A stretch of 64,000 bases of DNA, taken from positions 9,982,001 through 10,046,000 of the forward strand of contig OZ024749.1 in assembly GCA_964016885.1 (NCBI GenBank), in the 5' to 3' direction. Under the pieces are notes generated by a model. That model saw only the letters and a list, made by a program, of their open reading frames with translations, searched no databases and was not told the origin of the DNA. This document shows positions 1-13,505 of the stretch, one piece after another (the first letter of the stretch is position 1; every line of letters begins with the position of its first letter). A program made the position numbers and the translations under genes. Origin of the DNA: Eledone cirrhosa. Its lineage: Eukaryota.

Positions 1-95
1 TCTTTCGTCACACATTCTGTGACCTCCTCAGTGACTGGTTTTTTTATTTTGTGTCTTGCCTTAATCACTGAGGAGGCCACAGAATGTATGACAAA
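1..95. mobile_element. Fold-back remnant with partial hammerhead core (Penelope-like), cut by window edge
   Basis: Inverted arms about 7-34 and 65-92. Minus arm reads CTGAGGA-g-GTCACA-gaatg-TGTGAC-GAAAG. Shares TGTGTGACGAAAGA with 11358-11371. Confidence 0.5.
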
Positions 96-297
96 TTAAC
101 TTTGACAATATATAAACAACCATCCACTTATCGAACCAACCAACTGGAAATTTATAATAAATTGAAGTTAAAACCAACAGGTGCATGTGTTTTTATTGGC
201 AGCATGAGCCTCCCAAAGTATAACAATATCTGTTTCAATGCACATTTGCAGATAAGAAATCTTGCAAAATAAATTCAAATATATATATATATATATT

Positions 298-460
298 AGT
301 GTTGGGAAGGGCAGCCAATTGTAAAAACCCTGGCCAAATTTACTGTCCCGTCAGAACAAGGTATGACATGGTCAATCCTGGCCAGACTTGTCTCTTGACA
401 CGGACGGCCCGTCTGACCCATGCAAGCATGGAAAAAGGGACGTTAAACAGTGATGAGGAT
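298..460 (+). mobile_element. Short non-autonomous RTE-related element (further copies near 8210-8360, 11690-11870, 20680-20840, 29145-29270, 33230-33300)
   Basis: GGAAGGGCA-CCA-TGTA-AAAC module plus 3' end CCGTC-ACCCATGCAAGCATGGAAAA-GGACGTTAAA-(GAT)n, shared with the RTE copies in this window. Confidence 0.75.
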
Positions 461-521
461 ATATATACACATACATGTAACATATTGTTATTGGTTTAAC
501 ACAATGCTGTTTGAATTGTAG

Positions 522-680
<159 letters not shown>

Positions 681-829
681 TAAACCTTGTTTTCTTTTGT
701 TTTTATTTTGTCTTTAAAATCAAATATTGTTATTTTCTCTTTGGCAATTAATTTTACAATTGTTTTATCAATTATCAATATACAGAAAAAGTGTCACTTA
801 TTGATCTTTGTCAGCATATTTAGGTACTT

Positions 830-1510
830 GGGTATATATTATCAGCTATACAATGTCAATATAATTAGCGCTACTATTCTCAAAATTTGGGGAATTTTTT
901 ATCAATGTCGGAAATTACTATTATTAATATTATTACGCATTGTGTAGGCTTCCTTGGGGGGACAAGCATCTCAGTTTTTGCAGCACAGATTTTCATTCTA
1001 GCCACACGGCACTCGGCATCAAACCTATTGAGTGCAATTCAGAGTTCACCTGTCGAGTTGAGTAACACCATATTGTCTGCAAATTCCAGCCAACTGATTT
1101 TACACCCTACATGTAAGTGTAGTTCCACTGAAGCAGGTAGAGACTAAAGGGTCTCTGGAGAAACGTTACTCGATAGAGTATGTAGCTCGAAGATCAGAGA
1201 AGCATCACTCTAGGTAGAGCTGCTACTTCTCTGAATTGAGAGATCACAACTCCAATACTCTAGACATGTGGTTAGAATGTCTCAGGAAAGCATTGCTGGA
1301 CAGATTTTACAGGCAAAACCAACCGGCAGGAGACCCAGGGGTAGACCCCGAGCAAGATATTTGGATAACATCCATGAGCTTATCTGGTCTCGCTTGGGGA
1401 TTCAGTCAGACCAGTTGGTGGCGGTTACTTCTGACAGGACCCGCTGGAAGGACTGTTTGAGGACTCTGTCCCCACGACCCTCTCAGGAGTAAGTGGGTGA
1501 AGAAGAAGAA
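830..1510. mobile_element. Degenerate Expander/Rex3-like RTE LINE with inverted 5' part
   Basis: Minus strand about 940-1145 gives GCKISWLEFADNMVLL...RFDAECRVARMKICAAKTEML (RT motif region). Plus strand 1150-1492 gives RHVVRM...TGRRPRGRPRARYLD...LSPRP, then a (GAA)n tail. Confidence 0.75.
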
Positions 1511-1516
1511 TATTTT

Positions 1517-1787
1517 GAAGGTGGTGGATTGGCAGTATTGGTAGAGCATCGGACACTGTGTTTCGTGGCATAGAGTTACACCCTTTACTTTCTGAGTTCA
1601 AATCCCGTTGAGATTAGCTTTGCCTTTCATCCATGGAGTGGGGTGGTGGTGGGGGGTCTATAAAACAAAGTACCAGTAATACACGAGTCAATTTAATCAA
1701 TAAAATAAAGTACCAGTAAAGTACTGGTGTCAGTTTCCCTTCCCCCCAAATTACTGGCCTTGTGCCTAAAGTAGAAATCATTATTAT
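1517..1787 (+). mobile_element. tRNA-derived SINE
   Basis: A-box-like TGGCAGTATTGGTAGAG, B-box GAGTTCAAATCC, core TTTGCCTTTCATCC...ATAAAATAAAGTACCAG; multiple copies in window. Confidence 0.8.
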
Positions 1788-2084
1788 TCTTTCTTTTCCT
1801 GCATTTCCAACAGTGATCTTCCTGTCTTTTTCTGAGACATCACTCATACACAGTTCACTTTCCTGACATTTGTACATTATTCTATGTACTATACATGCAC
1901 CTTTGATGAGTTGTAGTGCACCTCTGCTCTGTACACAATAATTTCATTATTATTATATATAGTGTATCTAGGACTATATTATCCAATGTGTCCTTTTTTT
2001 TTCTAGATGGTAGGTTGTAATTTGGGGAAGATTTACGTGCTATTTCTAGCAGGTAAAGTAACCATGTAGAAGCTCCCTCACTGA

Positions 2085-2300
<216 letters not shown>

Positions 2301-3111
2301 TAGTGGTTCGAATCCAGAGCCGTCTCACCCTTGTTAGAGGAACCCCTCCCTCGTTGGCCTCCACCACTTTCTGTTTGGTTTTAGTTGCTGACGACCTGAT
2401 CATATGTCAGGTTGTACTGAGTTACATGTTACCAGTAGCACTCAAGAGTGACATACATACATACATATATGATGGCTGCAAACTCTGCAAAGAGTACTAC
2501 GATCGCTTGTCAGATTATAGAGTTTGGTGCACTTTTAGCCTACACCCAGCTGCACTAAGCTGAAACATATCCTGAACAAGCAATGCCTGTGCTTTGAAAG
2601 TTTTTTAAGTGAGGAAAGGCCTTGCACTCTACCAATCCCACTCTCTGAGCATCGAAAACACTACCCGAAAAGAACTGGTCAACATCATCGGATGCTTCCT
2701 AAGCCGCAGGGTTTTTTCAGAGTTTCCCTCTCTTAGAAAGGTGTTGTGACAACAACTGGGAGCCTTTCACTCCCAGGTTAAAAAAAAAAAAGTACTATTT
2801 GGATGGCCATTGACTCTGTTGAGTTCCGCTGCCCTTTTCCTGCTCTTGTATTTCATCCTGCAGGGTGTCCAAATATCACCCTCCTCACCAAGCAAGCTTG
2901 GTGGGGTTGCCAGTTTAGTCGCCGACAACCTGACATATATACATATCCAATCCAATCCATGGCCTTCTCCCTCCTGTTAGAGGAACCCCTCCCTAGTTGA
3001 CCTCCACCGCTTTCTCTTTGGTTTTGGTCATGTCTTCAGGGGTGTAGCCGTATTCACCATGCTTGACCAGTTGTGAGGCTATTTAACCCATAATTGGGTA
3101 TGTTTCTTTAA

Positions 3112-3287
3112 CCCTTTACCATTTACATTCCTCTATATTTACTATTGTATTTTCATCGTAAAGGCTTTACCTCACATAATATTGAAGCTATGAGAACAAT
3201 ACCTTAACATCAGTATGAGTAGCTAGTTTAAAAAAAAAAGAGGTGAGAGAACTCTGGACAGATACGGCCGGTTTAAATGCTAAAGGG
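3112..3287 (+). mobile_element. piggyBac-type MITE
   Basis: TTAA-CCCTTTACCATTTA ... TAAATGCTAAAGGG; same family as 3813-4033. Confidence 0.8.
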
Positions 3288-3812
3288 TGAAAGGATTTTT
3301 TTAATTCTGTTAATGGATTCTCTCTCTCTCTCTCTTTTATTACAATTTATATTCTATCCAAGCAGCGTAGCCTGGTGGCAGTAGCTGTTTGCCCCTGGAG
3401 ACAACATTTTTGGGGTCTGTTGTATAAGACTGTGTTGAAATAGATGAAAGTGATTTTAATGACAGAACACTGTTCACAGTTGACCGGCCATTTTGATTTT
3501 AAGTAATGCTATTCCAAAATAACATATGTATGGATCACACAGTTGGGGTCAGCAAATTCAAGGGATGCCATGAGCAGCACACACTAACTACACCACTGCC
3601 TCCTAGACACACGCCCCACACACATTTCGCTATTGTTAATTTCTCTTTATTTCAAATCTAGAATTTCCTATCATTACCCAGTATGTTCTTTTTATTTTTA
3701 AGACTGTGGGGTCTAGTTTTTGAGGGAATAAATTTGACTGCTATTTCTAGCATCATGGCTTCCTCTTAACATTGACCAGGTCAAGTAAACCCTATGGAAC
3801 CTCTCTTGTTAA

Positions 3813-4033
3813 CCCTTTAGCATTTATATTACTCTATATCTACTATTATATTTTCACGGTAAAGGCTTTATCTTACAGAATTATCTCACATAATATCGAC
3901 TCTATGAGATTTTGATATTATTTATTTTGAGAACCATACCTTAACATCAGTATGAGTGGCCAGTTACGGCTGGTTTGAACAGAAAGAAGTGAGAGAATTC
4001 TGGCCGGATACGGCCGGTTTAAATGCTAAAGGG
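3813..4033 (+). mobile_element. piggyBac-type MITE, intact
   Basis: TTAA target duplication on both sides; TIRs CCCTTTAGCATTTA / TAAATGCTAAAGGG. Confidence 0.9.
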
Positions 4034-4120
4034 TTAAACTGGAAACTTTCAGTTAAACTAAAAAAAATACGTCATTCTTCACAGTTCAGACTCCGTTGTG
4101 TTTTGATTTTATCATTATAA

Positions 4121-4337
4121 GGGCAGTGGTAGAATCGGTAGAGCACTGGATGCCTTGCTTCACAGCATAGAGTTACAACTCTTTACATTCTGAGTTCAAA
4201 TCCTGCTGAGGTTAGCTTTGCCTTTCATCCTTACGGGATTAATAAAATAAAATACCAGTGATGCACTGGGGTCAATTTAATTGACTTCCCCTCCCCCAAA
4301 AATTGTTGACCTTGTGCTTAAATCAGAAACCATTATT
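4121..4337 (+). mobile_element. tRNA-derived SINE
   Basis: GAGTTCAAATCC B-box and TTTGCCTTTCATCC core. Confidence 0.8.
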
Positions 4338-4529
4338 ACTTGTCTTACATCCATCCAAGTTAAGAGAAAAGATGAATTTTTGAATTAAAATCAAAATTGA
4401 TTAATAATTTTCACACTAATCTTGTAGGTGTCATATATGGAAGTTTATGATTTATTTTACTTTGTAAGCTAAGACTGTCACTTGTGGTAAGATTTAGAAC
4501 TTACCTTTAACTTTGTTGGCTCTGATACT

Positions 4530-5075
4530 GTAGATTTGCATGGAGGATGGAAACTCCACTTTTCAGGTGTGGTGCCAGAAATGACTGCACAGGTGAGAGT
4601 GGGGATACTCACAAGCCCCTGGCTGTCAAAATGTATTATGGACTGGATCCCATTAGGAGAGAGGATTGGCCTCTTGAAGCTTAGACTGAAAGATAGGTTT
4701 CTGTGAGTAGTGCAAGTTTATACACCAAACAAGGAGTCCGAATACAGGTCCTTTCTTGATGAAGTCACTACAGTGTTAGATGGGAAACTTCAATGCACAT
4801 GTTAACACTGAACCCCTTACATGGAAAGGAGTGATTGGAAGGAATGACAACCCCGATCTGAATACAAATGGAGAGGCCTTATTAGACTTCTAGCAAAGGG
4901 CTCTCTATTATAAACACCTTCTTCCAACACAGAGACATCCATAAATATACATGGTGTAAGGGGAATCAGGGACAGAGATCAATAATTGATTTTGTTATTG
5001 TTTCTGATCTCTTTGATTCTGTGCTTGTGTTAAGAGAAGGGCTGAGCTGTCAACTGATCACCATCTTGTTATCTG
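4530..5075 (+). mobile_element. Degenerate APE endonuclease fragment of an Expander/Rex3-like RTE LINE
   Basis: Broken-frame translation: GWKLHFSGV...VGIL...VQVYTPN...FNAHV...WKGVIGRN...NTFFQHRDIHKYTW...SIIDFVIVS...LSTDHHLV. Confidence 0.8.
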
Positions 5076-5118
5076 GCCTTAGGTAGTGGGGCATGTTCTT
5101 CATTTTTCATCTTCTTAA

Positions 5119-5214
<96 letters not shown>

Positions 5215-5239
5215 TAAGTATCCTTATCACTGTCAGCAT

Positions 5240-5360
5240 TATTGTTATTTATTTTGAGAACACTACCTTAACATAAGTATGAGGGGCTGGTTACGGCCAG
5301 TTTGAACAGAAAGAGGTGAGGGAATTCTGGCCGGATACGGCTGGTTTAAATGCTAAAAGG
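5240..5360 (+). mobile_element. piggyBac-type MITE, 3' half
   Basis: Matches 3915-4033 and ends TAAATGCTAAAAGG-TTAA. Confidence 0.75.
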
Positions 5361-5500
5361 TTAAACATTATTTGAAAAAAAAAAGGTGTACAAGATTGGA
5401 ATGTCTTTATCCTTTAGCATTTAAATGATGATGATGATGATGTTTGCTTCCGTTTCCAAGTAAATTTACCTGTTATAATTTACATTTGGGTTTCTTTCAG

Positions 5501-5588
5501 TTTCCAAGCAAAATTACCTGATATTTTCAAAGACATTCATGAAACCTACATAAAAATTGACAGTCGATTGAAGGCCGAACAATTTAAG
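5501..5588 (+). CDS. U2SURP: U2SURP exon (CID domain)
   Basis: tttcag|T...AAG|gtgagc; FQAKLPDIFKDIHETYIKIDSRLKAEQFK; phase matches. Confidence 0.93.
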
Positions 5589-5699
5589 GTGAGCTGTGAG
5601 ATTTGTATCTTGATGTTGTTATGGGGTTCTTCTTGAAGCAATGTTTTACGATCAGATGCCCTTCCTGGAGCTAACCCTTTAGTAGCTTCTTAGAAGACA

Positions 5700-5890
5700 G
5701 AAATATGGTGTGCCTGTTCTGAACCAGATTACACATGGGTGATAGGAATAGAACCAGTGACGAGGGTTACAAAGAGGAATGAGATGGCTGGGCCATGTGT
5801 TGAAGATGGATAAATAGTAACTGGGTGAGAGGAGTGATGGAAGTAGAGGAAGAGGAAGACCAAGAAAGACTTGGCTAAAGTTGAAAAAGG
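5700..5890 (+). mobile_element. RTE LINE 3' fragment
   Basis: RWLGHVLKMD...RGRGRPRKTW C-terminal motif. Confidence 0.6.
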
Positions 5891-6201
5891 GTAAAATAGA
5901 GAATCTTATCATGGGTCCTACAATGGTATCTTGTTTTAGCAGAGAAAATGGCCTTAAAATAATTTGTTTATCCCCAGCATATCTTGCAGTGTTGATAAAA
6001 TAAAGTACCAGTCAGGTATTGGGGTCAATTTAATCAACTTTATCCTCCGTTCAAATTGTTGTGCATGTGTCTAAATTAAAAACCCTTATTGCGATTGTTT
6101 ATTATTAAAATAAAGTACCAGTAATACACTGGAATAATTGCTGGCCTTGTGCCAAAAGTAGAAACAATTCTTGTTATTATCAATATTTTTTTCTTTCCTA
6201 G

Positions 6202-7089
<888 letters not shown>

Positions 7090-7092
7090 TAG

Positions 7093-7290
<198 letters not shown>

Positions 7291-7577
7291 TGAATTGCTT
7301 TTATTTTCTTACTTTCATCCCTTTTAACTTTCTTACTACCTCGTTATCCTGCACACACTCTCACTCTCTCTCCTATGTATGCGTGGAAAAATGGGCATAA
7401 AAACGATGATTATGATGATGATATATAGTATTACATTAACACTTTGACTTTACTCCACGTTGCCTGAGATTTCAAGATTTAAACATATCCATATCATCAG
7501 ATATTGGAGTAAAATAAACTAAAATGGAGAATGATGGAGTTTTGGGCCATGATTTTAAGGGCCTCTATTGGGTGGTT

Positions 7578-7860
7578 GAAGGTGGTGAATTGGCAGAGTC
7601 AAATAGAATAGTTTGTGGTATTTGTTCCAGCTCTCTGCCGGGGTCGTCTTTCATCCTTTTGAGGTCTTTAAAAAAATAGACCAATCTAATAATGGGATTG
7701 ATTCTTCCTCTATATCACTTTCTTTCCTTCTCTGGAAGAAATCTGTGAAGAGACCTGGAAGAGGATGGGTTCTGCCAGGCTTGAAATGCCAAAGAAATGC
7801 CATATGCCACTACATCACCCTACAACTCCAGGAGTTACTGGATTGTCCCTTACCATACCA
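7578..7860 (+). mobile_element. tRNA-SINE with long 3' extension and (CCATA) tail
   Basis: Similar to the reverse complement of 18865-19188 and 20858-21135. Confidence 0.65.
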
Positions 7861-7908
7861 TTGGTTGGTTCGGGTCACATGGTGTTGTTAAGTCAATAAT
7901 TGCATATA

Positions 7909-8168
7909 GGTAGTGCTGGTGACACAACAAAAACACCTAGTCCACCCTGTAAAGTGGTAGTGCTGGTGACACAACAAAAACACCTAGTCCACCCTGTAAA
8001 GTGGTAGTGCTGGTGACACAACAAAAACACCTAGTCCACCCTGTAAAGTGGTAGTGCTGGTGACACAACAAAAACACCTAGTCCACCCTGTAAGGTAGTA
8101 GTGCTGGTGATACAACAAAAACACCTAGTCCACCCTGTAAAGTGGTAGTGCTGGTGACACAACAAAAA
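7909..8168 (+). repeat. 47-bp tandem repeat, about 5.5 copies
   Basis: Unit GTAGTGCTGGTGACACAACAAAAACACCTAGTCCACCCTGTAAAGTG; period 47 (7911, 7958...). Confidence 0.95.
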
Positions 8169-8351
8169 CTGAGCAAATATGGACAATACACATTAAATGG
8201 TGATGATGGTCATCATCATCGTCGTCACCGTTTAACATCCATTTTTCCACACTGGCATGGGTTAGACGAGTTATCCTGTTGAGAGCAATGCCATACAGAA
8301 CCGCCTTTGACTTGGTTTCTACAGCTGGATGCCTTTCTTAGCGCCAACCTC

Positions 8352-9853
8352 ATTTACAGTTAGTGCTGGGTGCTTTTTGTCATGACTCTTACATAACCAC
8401 TTTACAGTGTGTACTGGGTGCTTTTTGTCATGACTCTTACATAACCACTTTACAGTGTGTACTGGCTGCTTTTTGTCATGACACCTACATGACTACCTTA
8501 TAGTGTGTACTGGGTGCTTTTTGCGATGACACCTACATGACTACTTTACAGTGTGTACTGGGTGCTTTTTACCATGACACCTACATGACTACCTTATAGT
8601 GTGTACTGGGTGCTTTTTGCGATGACACCTACATGACTACTTTACAGTGTGTACTGGGTGCTTTTTGTCATGACACCTACATGACTACTTTACAGTGTGT
8701 ACTGGGTTTCCTTTTTGTCATGACACCTACATGACTACTTTACAGTGTGTACTGGGTACTTTTTGCCATGACACCTACATGACTACTTTACAGTGTGTAC
8801 TGGGTGCTTTTTACCATGACACCGACATGACTACTTTACAGTGTGTACTGGGTTTCCTTTTTGTCATGACACCTACATGACTACTTTACAGTGTGTACTG
8901 GGTACTTTTTGCCATGACATCTACATGACTACTTTAGAGTGTGTACTGGGTGCTTTTTGCCATGACACCTACATGACTACTTTACAGTGTGTACTGGGTG
9001 CTTTTTACCATGACACCTACATGACTACTTTACAGTGTGTACTGGGTGCTTTTTGTCATGACACCTACATGACTACTTTACAGTGTGTACTGGGTACTTT
9101 TTGCCATGACACCTACATGACTACTTTACAGTGTGTACTGGGTGCTTTTTGCCATGACACCTACATGACTACTTTACAGTGTGTACTGGGTGCTTTTTAC
9201 CATGACACCTACATGACTACTTTACAGTGTGTACTGGGTGCTTTTTACCATGACACCTACATGACCACTTTACAGTGTGTACTGGGTGCTTTTTGTTGTG
9301 ACACCTACATGACCACTTTACAGTGTGGACTGGGTACTTTTTGCCTTGACACCTACATGACCACTTTACAGTGTGGACTGGGTGCTTTTTACCATGACAC
9401 CTACATGTCTACTTTACAGTGTGGACTGGGTGCTTTTTGTCATGACACCTACATGACCACTTTACAGTGTGTACTGGGTGCTTTTTGTCATGACACCTAC
9501 ATGACTACTTTACAGTGTGGACTGGGTACTTTTTGCCATGACACCTACATGACTACTTTACAGTGTGTACTGGGTGCTTTTTGTCATGACACCTACATGA
9601 CCACTTTACAGTGTGTACTGGGTGCTTTTTCTTGTGACACCTACATGACCACTTTACAGTGTGTACTGGGTGCTTTTTGTTGTGACACCTACATGACCAC
9701 TTTACAGTGTGTACTGGGTGCTTTTTGTCATGACACCTATATGACCACTTTACAGTGTGGACTGGGTACTTTTTGCCTTGACACCTACATGACCACTTTA
9801 CAGTGTGGACTGGGTACTTTTTGCCATGACACCTACATGACTACTTTATAGTG
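8352..9853 (+). repeat. 48-bp minisatellite, about 31 copies
   Basis: Unit ACTTTACAGTGTGTACTGGGTGCTTTTTGTCATGACACCTACATGACT. Confidence 0.97.
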
Positions 9854-10027
9854 CAGGAGGCTTTACTGGATGTATGCTACAGCCTGATGATGATGATGAT
9901 GACATTCACTGGTAGTTATTTTCTTTTTGTTGTATTTGATTTTATTTGTTGATGTTTTTTCTTCTTTGGATGGTGGTGGGGTGGTTCCCCTGTTTTTTCT
10001 TTGTGAACAGAATACTCTATATTGCAG

Positions 10028-10144
10028 ATAAAGGTGAGGATATAGATGGTAAACCATTGGAAGAGGAGCTTCAAGCTCAAAACCAAGCCAAATTTGCACG
10101 ATCAAAGTGGGAAACAGTAGATGAAGCTGAATTGGAAGCTCAAG
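10028..10144 (+). CDS. U2SURP: U2SURP exon
   Basis: attgcag|AT...CAAG|gttagt; phase 1; KGEDIDGKPLEEELQAQNQAKFARSKWETVDEAELEAQ. Confidence 0.9.
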
Positions 10145-10187
10145 GTTAGTTCACTGCTTATTCTAAATCCCTTATCTTTCATAGCCT

Positions 10188-10237
<50 letters not shown>

Positions 10238-10664
10238 CTGTATATCTATCTCTTTGCCTATTGTGTCTCTATCCCTCTATCTTTCTAACTATCTTTGTCT
10301 ATCTATCCTTCTGTCTGTCTCTCTATATCTCTCTCTATCTGTCTGTCTTTCACTCTCTCTCACACACAAACACAAACACACATACTTGTATGTATATGTA
10401 TATATATAGTTGCACACAAACATATGTGTGTAAATATATAGACACATAAGCCCACACAAATATCGAAGTGTGTACATAGATTATCATCATTATCCATTTT
10501 CCTTGCTAACGAGGGTTGGACATGAATAGGTACACTGTATTCCTGTCTGCTGTAAGAAATTACTAAGAGGTTTGGTTGTAAAACATTGCCTCAAAAAATT
10601 CTCTTCAACCCATGCTGGCATGGGAAAGTAAAAACTCGGATGTGTATGTGTGTGTATATATATA

Positions 10665-11128
10665 TCATCGTCCGCTTTTCCCTGCTTGCAAGGGTGGGAC
10701 GGGTCCTATTCAGCACAACATCTCTCCACTTGTCACGGTCCTTTATCATCTCCACCGTGAGCTTCAGCGATCTGAGGTCTGCTCTCACCACCTCCACCCA
10801 TGTTTTTTGTGGTCTTCCTCTACTGCGTCTTACTTCTACTGGCATTTTTTGGCACTTCTTTACCCAGTGGTCATCCTCCATGCGCATCACATGTCCATAC
10901 CATCGCAGTCTTCTCTCCCGCACACTACAACTTATCCCTCTTATACACAGTTTCTCTCTCAACTCATCCAAGCTTGGTCGTTCACGTACATTAACATTAC
11001 ACATCCAACGGAGCATGCTTGCTTCATTTCTCTCCACCCTTCACATATCGTCTGCAGTTGCTGCCCATTTCTCACTACCATGCAGCATCGTGCATCTCAC
11101 ATAGGCATCATATAACCAGCCTTTCGTA
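10665..11128 (-). mobile_element. 5'-truncated RTE LINE (3' end)
   Basis: ERNEASMLRWMC...RRLRWYGHVMRM...GRPQKTW followed by RTE 3' tail. Confidence 0.9.
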
Positions 11129-11214
11129 TATGAATTTGTTTTGCAAGGTTTTTGATATGAAATCGTGTGTTGAAACAAATATTGTTATATTTGTGGAGGG
11201 TCATATTGCCAGAA

Positions 11215-11588
11215 ATATATAATAAAACACACTCACTGTTTAGTTTGAGTTGGTTTGCACTTCCATATATTTTATATCCCTATAGTTAATTTAGTGGGTA
11301 ATCAATATTTATCATTGATTGACCAACAATTAAAAATATAGATAATACTATCACCGGTGTGTGACGAAAGAACTCTGAGAGACTGAGTGTGAACCTAATA
11401 CTAACACTTTGTACTGCATTCTTCATTATTGTTTTTGTTTTCTGTTTTAACTATAATATATGTATATTTATATCTATATTTTTAACTGTTGGTCAATCAA
11501 TGATAAACAGCTAAATTAACTATAGAGATATAAAATATGTAGAAGCGGACGAACCCAAACCAAACTGAGTGTATTTTATTATATATAT
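11215..11588. mobile_element. Fold-back element (Penelope-like remnant) between (AT)n
   Basis: Imperfect inverted arms about 11215-11345 and 11470-11588; spacer carries TGTGTGACGAAAGA. Confidence 0.65.
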
Positions 11589-12430
11589 CTGTAAACGTGG
11601 TTGCGGTTCACAAACTATGGCTCTGCTGTGAGGAGGGTTCAGCAGTGCCAACTGGCCTGTCCCTCGTAATAACGGTGCCATCTAGTTCCACACTGTAAAT
11701 GTTGTTGGTGTTCGGAAGAGCATCCAGTTATAAAATCCCCGACCAAATTTACAGTCCAGTTGGAGCAAGATACGGCATGGCCAATTCTAGCCGGACTTGT
11801 CTCCCAATGTGGACAACCCATCTAACCCATGCAAGCATGGTAAAATGGATGCTAAATGGTGATGATGATATATGAAGCGAAGCAAAGTTAAATGTTAATA
11901 AATAGATGGTTTTCTTTTGATACAAGATTTACTTCACTTCAGTTAAAAAGAACAAAGAATAGGTTACTACGAATTATAACGGTTGAAGATGTTTTGGTTG
12001 TTACTTTGTTATGTTGGTGTAGTCTGTGGGCAGAGAAAGTGAGAAGTCTGTAGACCAGGAGAAAGAGAGAAAGGTCTGTAGAAATCTGTAGGCCTCTGTA
12101 GACCCCAAGGGGTCTATAGAAAGTGAATGTTTCGCATGGTTACTTTCTCGTGTACTGCTCCAAAGTGTTTTTGCTTGGTCTGATACAGGCTATTTATATC
12201 TGTCGCCTCCTGTCTCCCGCCTCAAAGGATCATTGCCCATGCATAGACTTGTTTACCAGAAAAGGAGGTGACCCAGAATTTGACCTTTCTGTGTCACCCA
12301 GGGTTCAAGGTGTGGACAGATTTTGCTACATATATACCTATATAATGATCAAGACAAGGTCACTTGAATTGACTTGTCTCATGGCGGAAAAACTTGTCTA
12401 ACCCATGCTAGCATGGAAATTAGACGTTGA

Positions 12431-12638
12431 CCCTTTACCATTTAAACTGGCCATATCCAGCCAGAATTCTCTCACCTCTTTCTGTTCAAACTGGTTGTAA
12501 CTGGCCACTCATACTTATGTTAAGGTATTGTTCTCAAAATAAATAATATCAAAATTTCATATATTCGATATTATGTGAGATAAAGCCTTTACTGTGAAAC
12601 TATAATAGTAAATATAGAGTAATGTAATTGGTAAAGGG
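12431..12638 (-). mobile_element. piggyBac-type MITE
   Basis: CCCTTTACCATTTA ... GGTAAAGGG-TTAA; reverse complement of 3813-4033. Confidence 0.85.
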
Positions 12639-12794
12639 TTAAACGGTGATTGTGATGACAATGATATATTATTCACATAGTAGCCATCAAACAGAGAGTA
12701 TAGTAAATATAGGCACAGACACACATGTATATAAAAATATATGAAATGGGAGAAGGGACACCTGTTGTTATTTATTTATTTGCTTGTTCCGTAG

Positions 12795-12894
12795 CCATGA
12801 CTACATCTAAATGGGATCTACTGGATCAACAAAGTGATGGAGGTGAAGATCAGAAGAGACAAATGGAAGAAGATCAAGATGATATTGATGGACA
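12795..12894 (+). CDS. U2SURP: U2SURP exon
   Basis: ccgtag|CC...GACA|gtgagt; AMTTSKWDLLDQQSDGGEDQKRQMEEDQDDIDG. Confidence 0.92.
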
Positions 12895-13290
12895 GTGAGT
12901 TTCTTGCTATATTTCTATTATCTCTCTCTTTATATCATCTATCTATCTATTTCTTTCTCTCTTTTCTATCCATCTATCTATCTGACTCTTTCTCTATTTT
13001 TATCTATCTGTCCGTCCATCCATCCATGCCCCGCTCCCTGTGTGTTTTCTCCATTCTGTCCACTGAGACCCCATGTACAGCAACCTGTACATGGGCTCCC
13101 ACACAAGGGAACCCTCCTCTACAACAGCGTCCGGGCTTGCATCTCTGTGGTAGTGATGTAAGATGTACTTCAGAAGAAATGTCTTCTCGTCACCTTTTAT
13201 CACACAAAACATATTCTATTGTAGTACAAAATTATTGTTGTTGTTTCTTTAATATACACCAACCTGTAGTTCAGATATATATTTGTATAT

Positions 13291-13323
<33 letters not shown>

Positions 13324-13334
13324 ACAACATTTGG

Positions 13335-13412
13335 TATAGAAATGGCTTCTACAGGCCTAGAACTGTTTCATACAAATGAAACAGTTCTAGGCCTGTAGAA
13401 GCCATTTCTATA
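13335..13412. repeat. Perfect 37-bp inverted repeat with 4-nt loop
   Basis: TATAGAAATGGCTTCTACAGGCCTAGAACTGTTTCAT-acaa-ATGAAACAGTTCTAGGCCTGTAGAAGCCATTTCTATA. Confidence 0.97.
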
Positions 13413-13469
13413 TTAAACATGTATTGAGTACCTCAATTACTGTGGTTACCCTCAATTTCACTCAGGGTT

Positions 13470-13505
<36 letters not shown>

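Noticed and set aside
8841-9851. 336-aa Cys/His repeat ORF resembling a metal-binding protein
   Set aside because: Translation of a 48-bp minisatellite derived from a non-coding retroelement module
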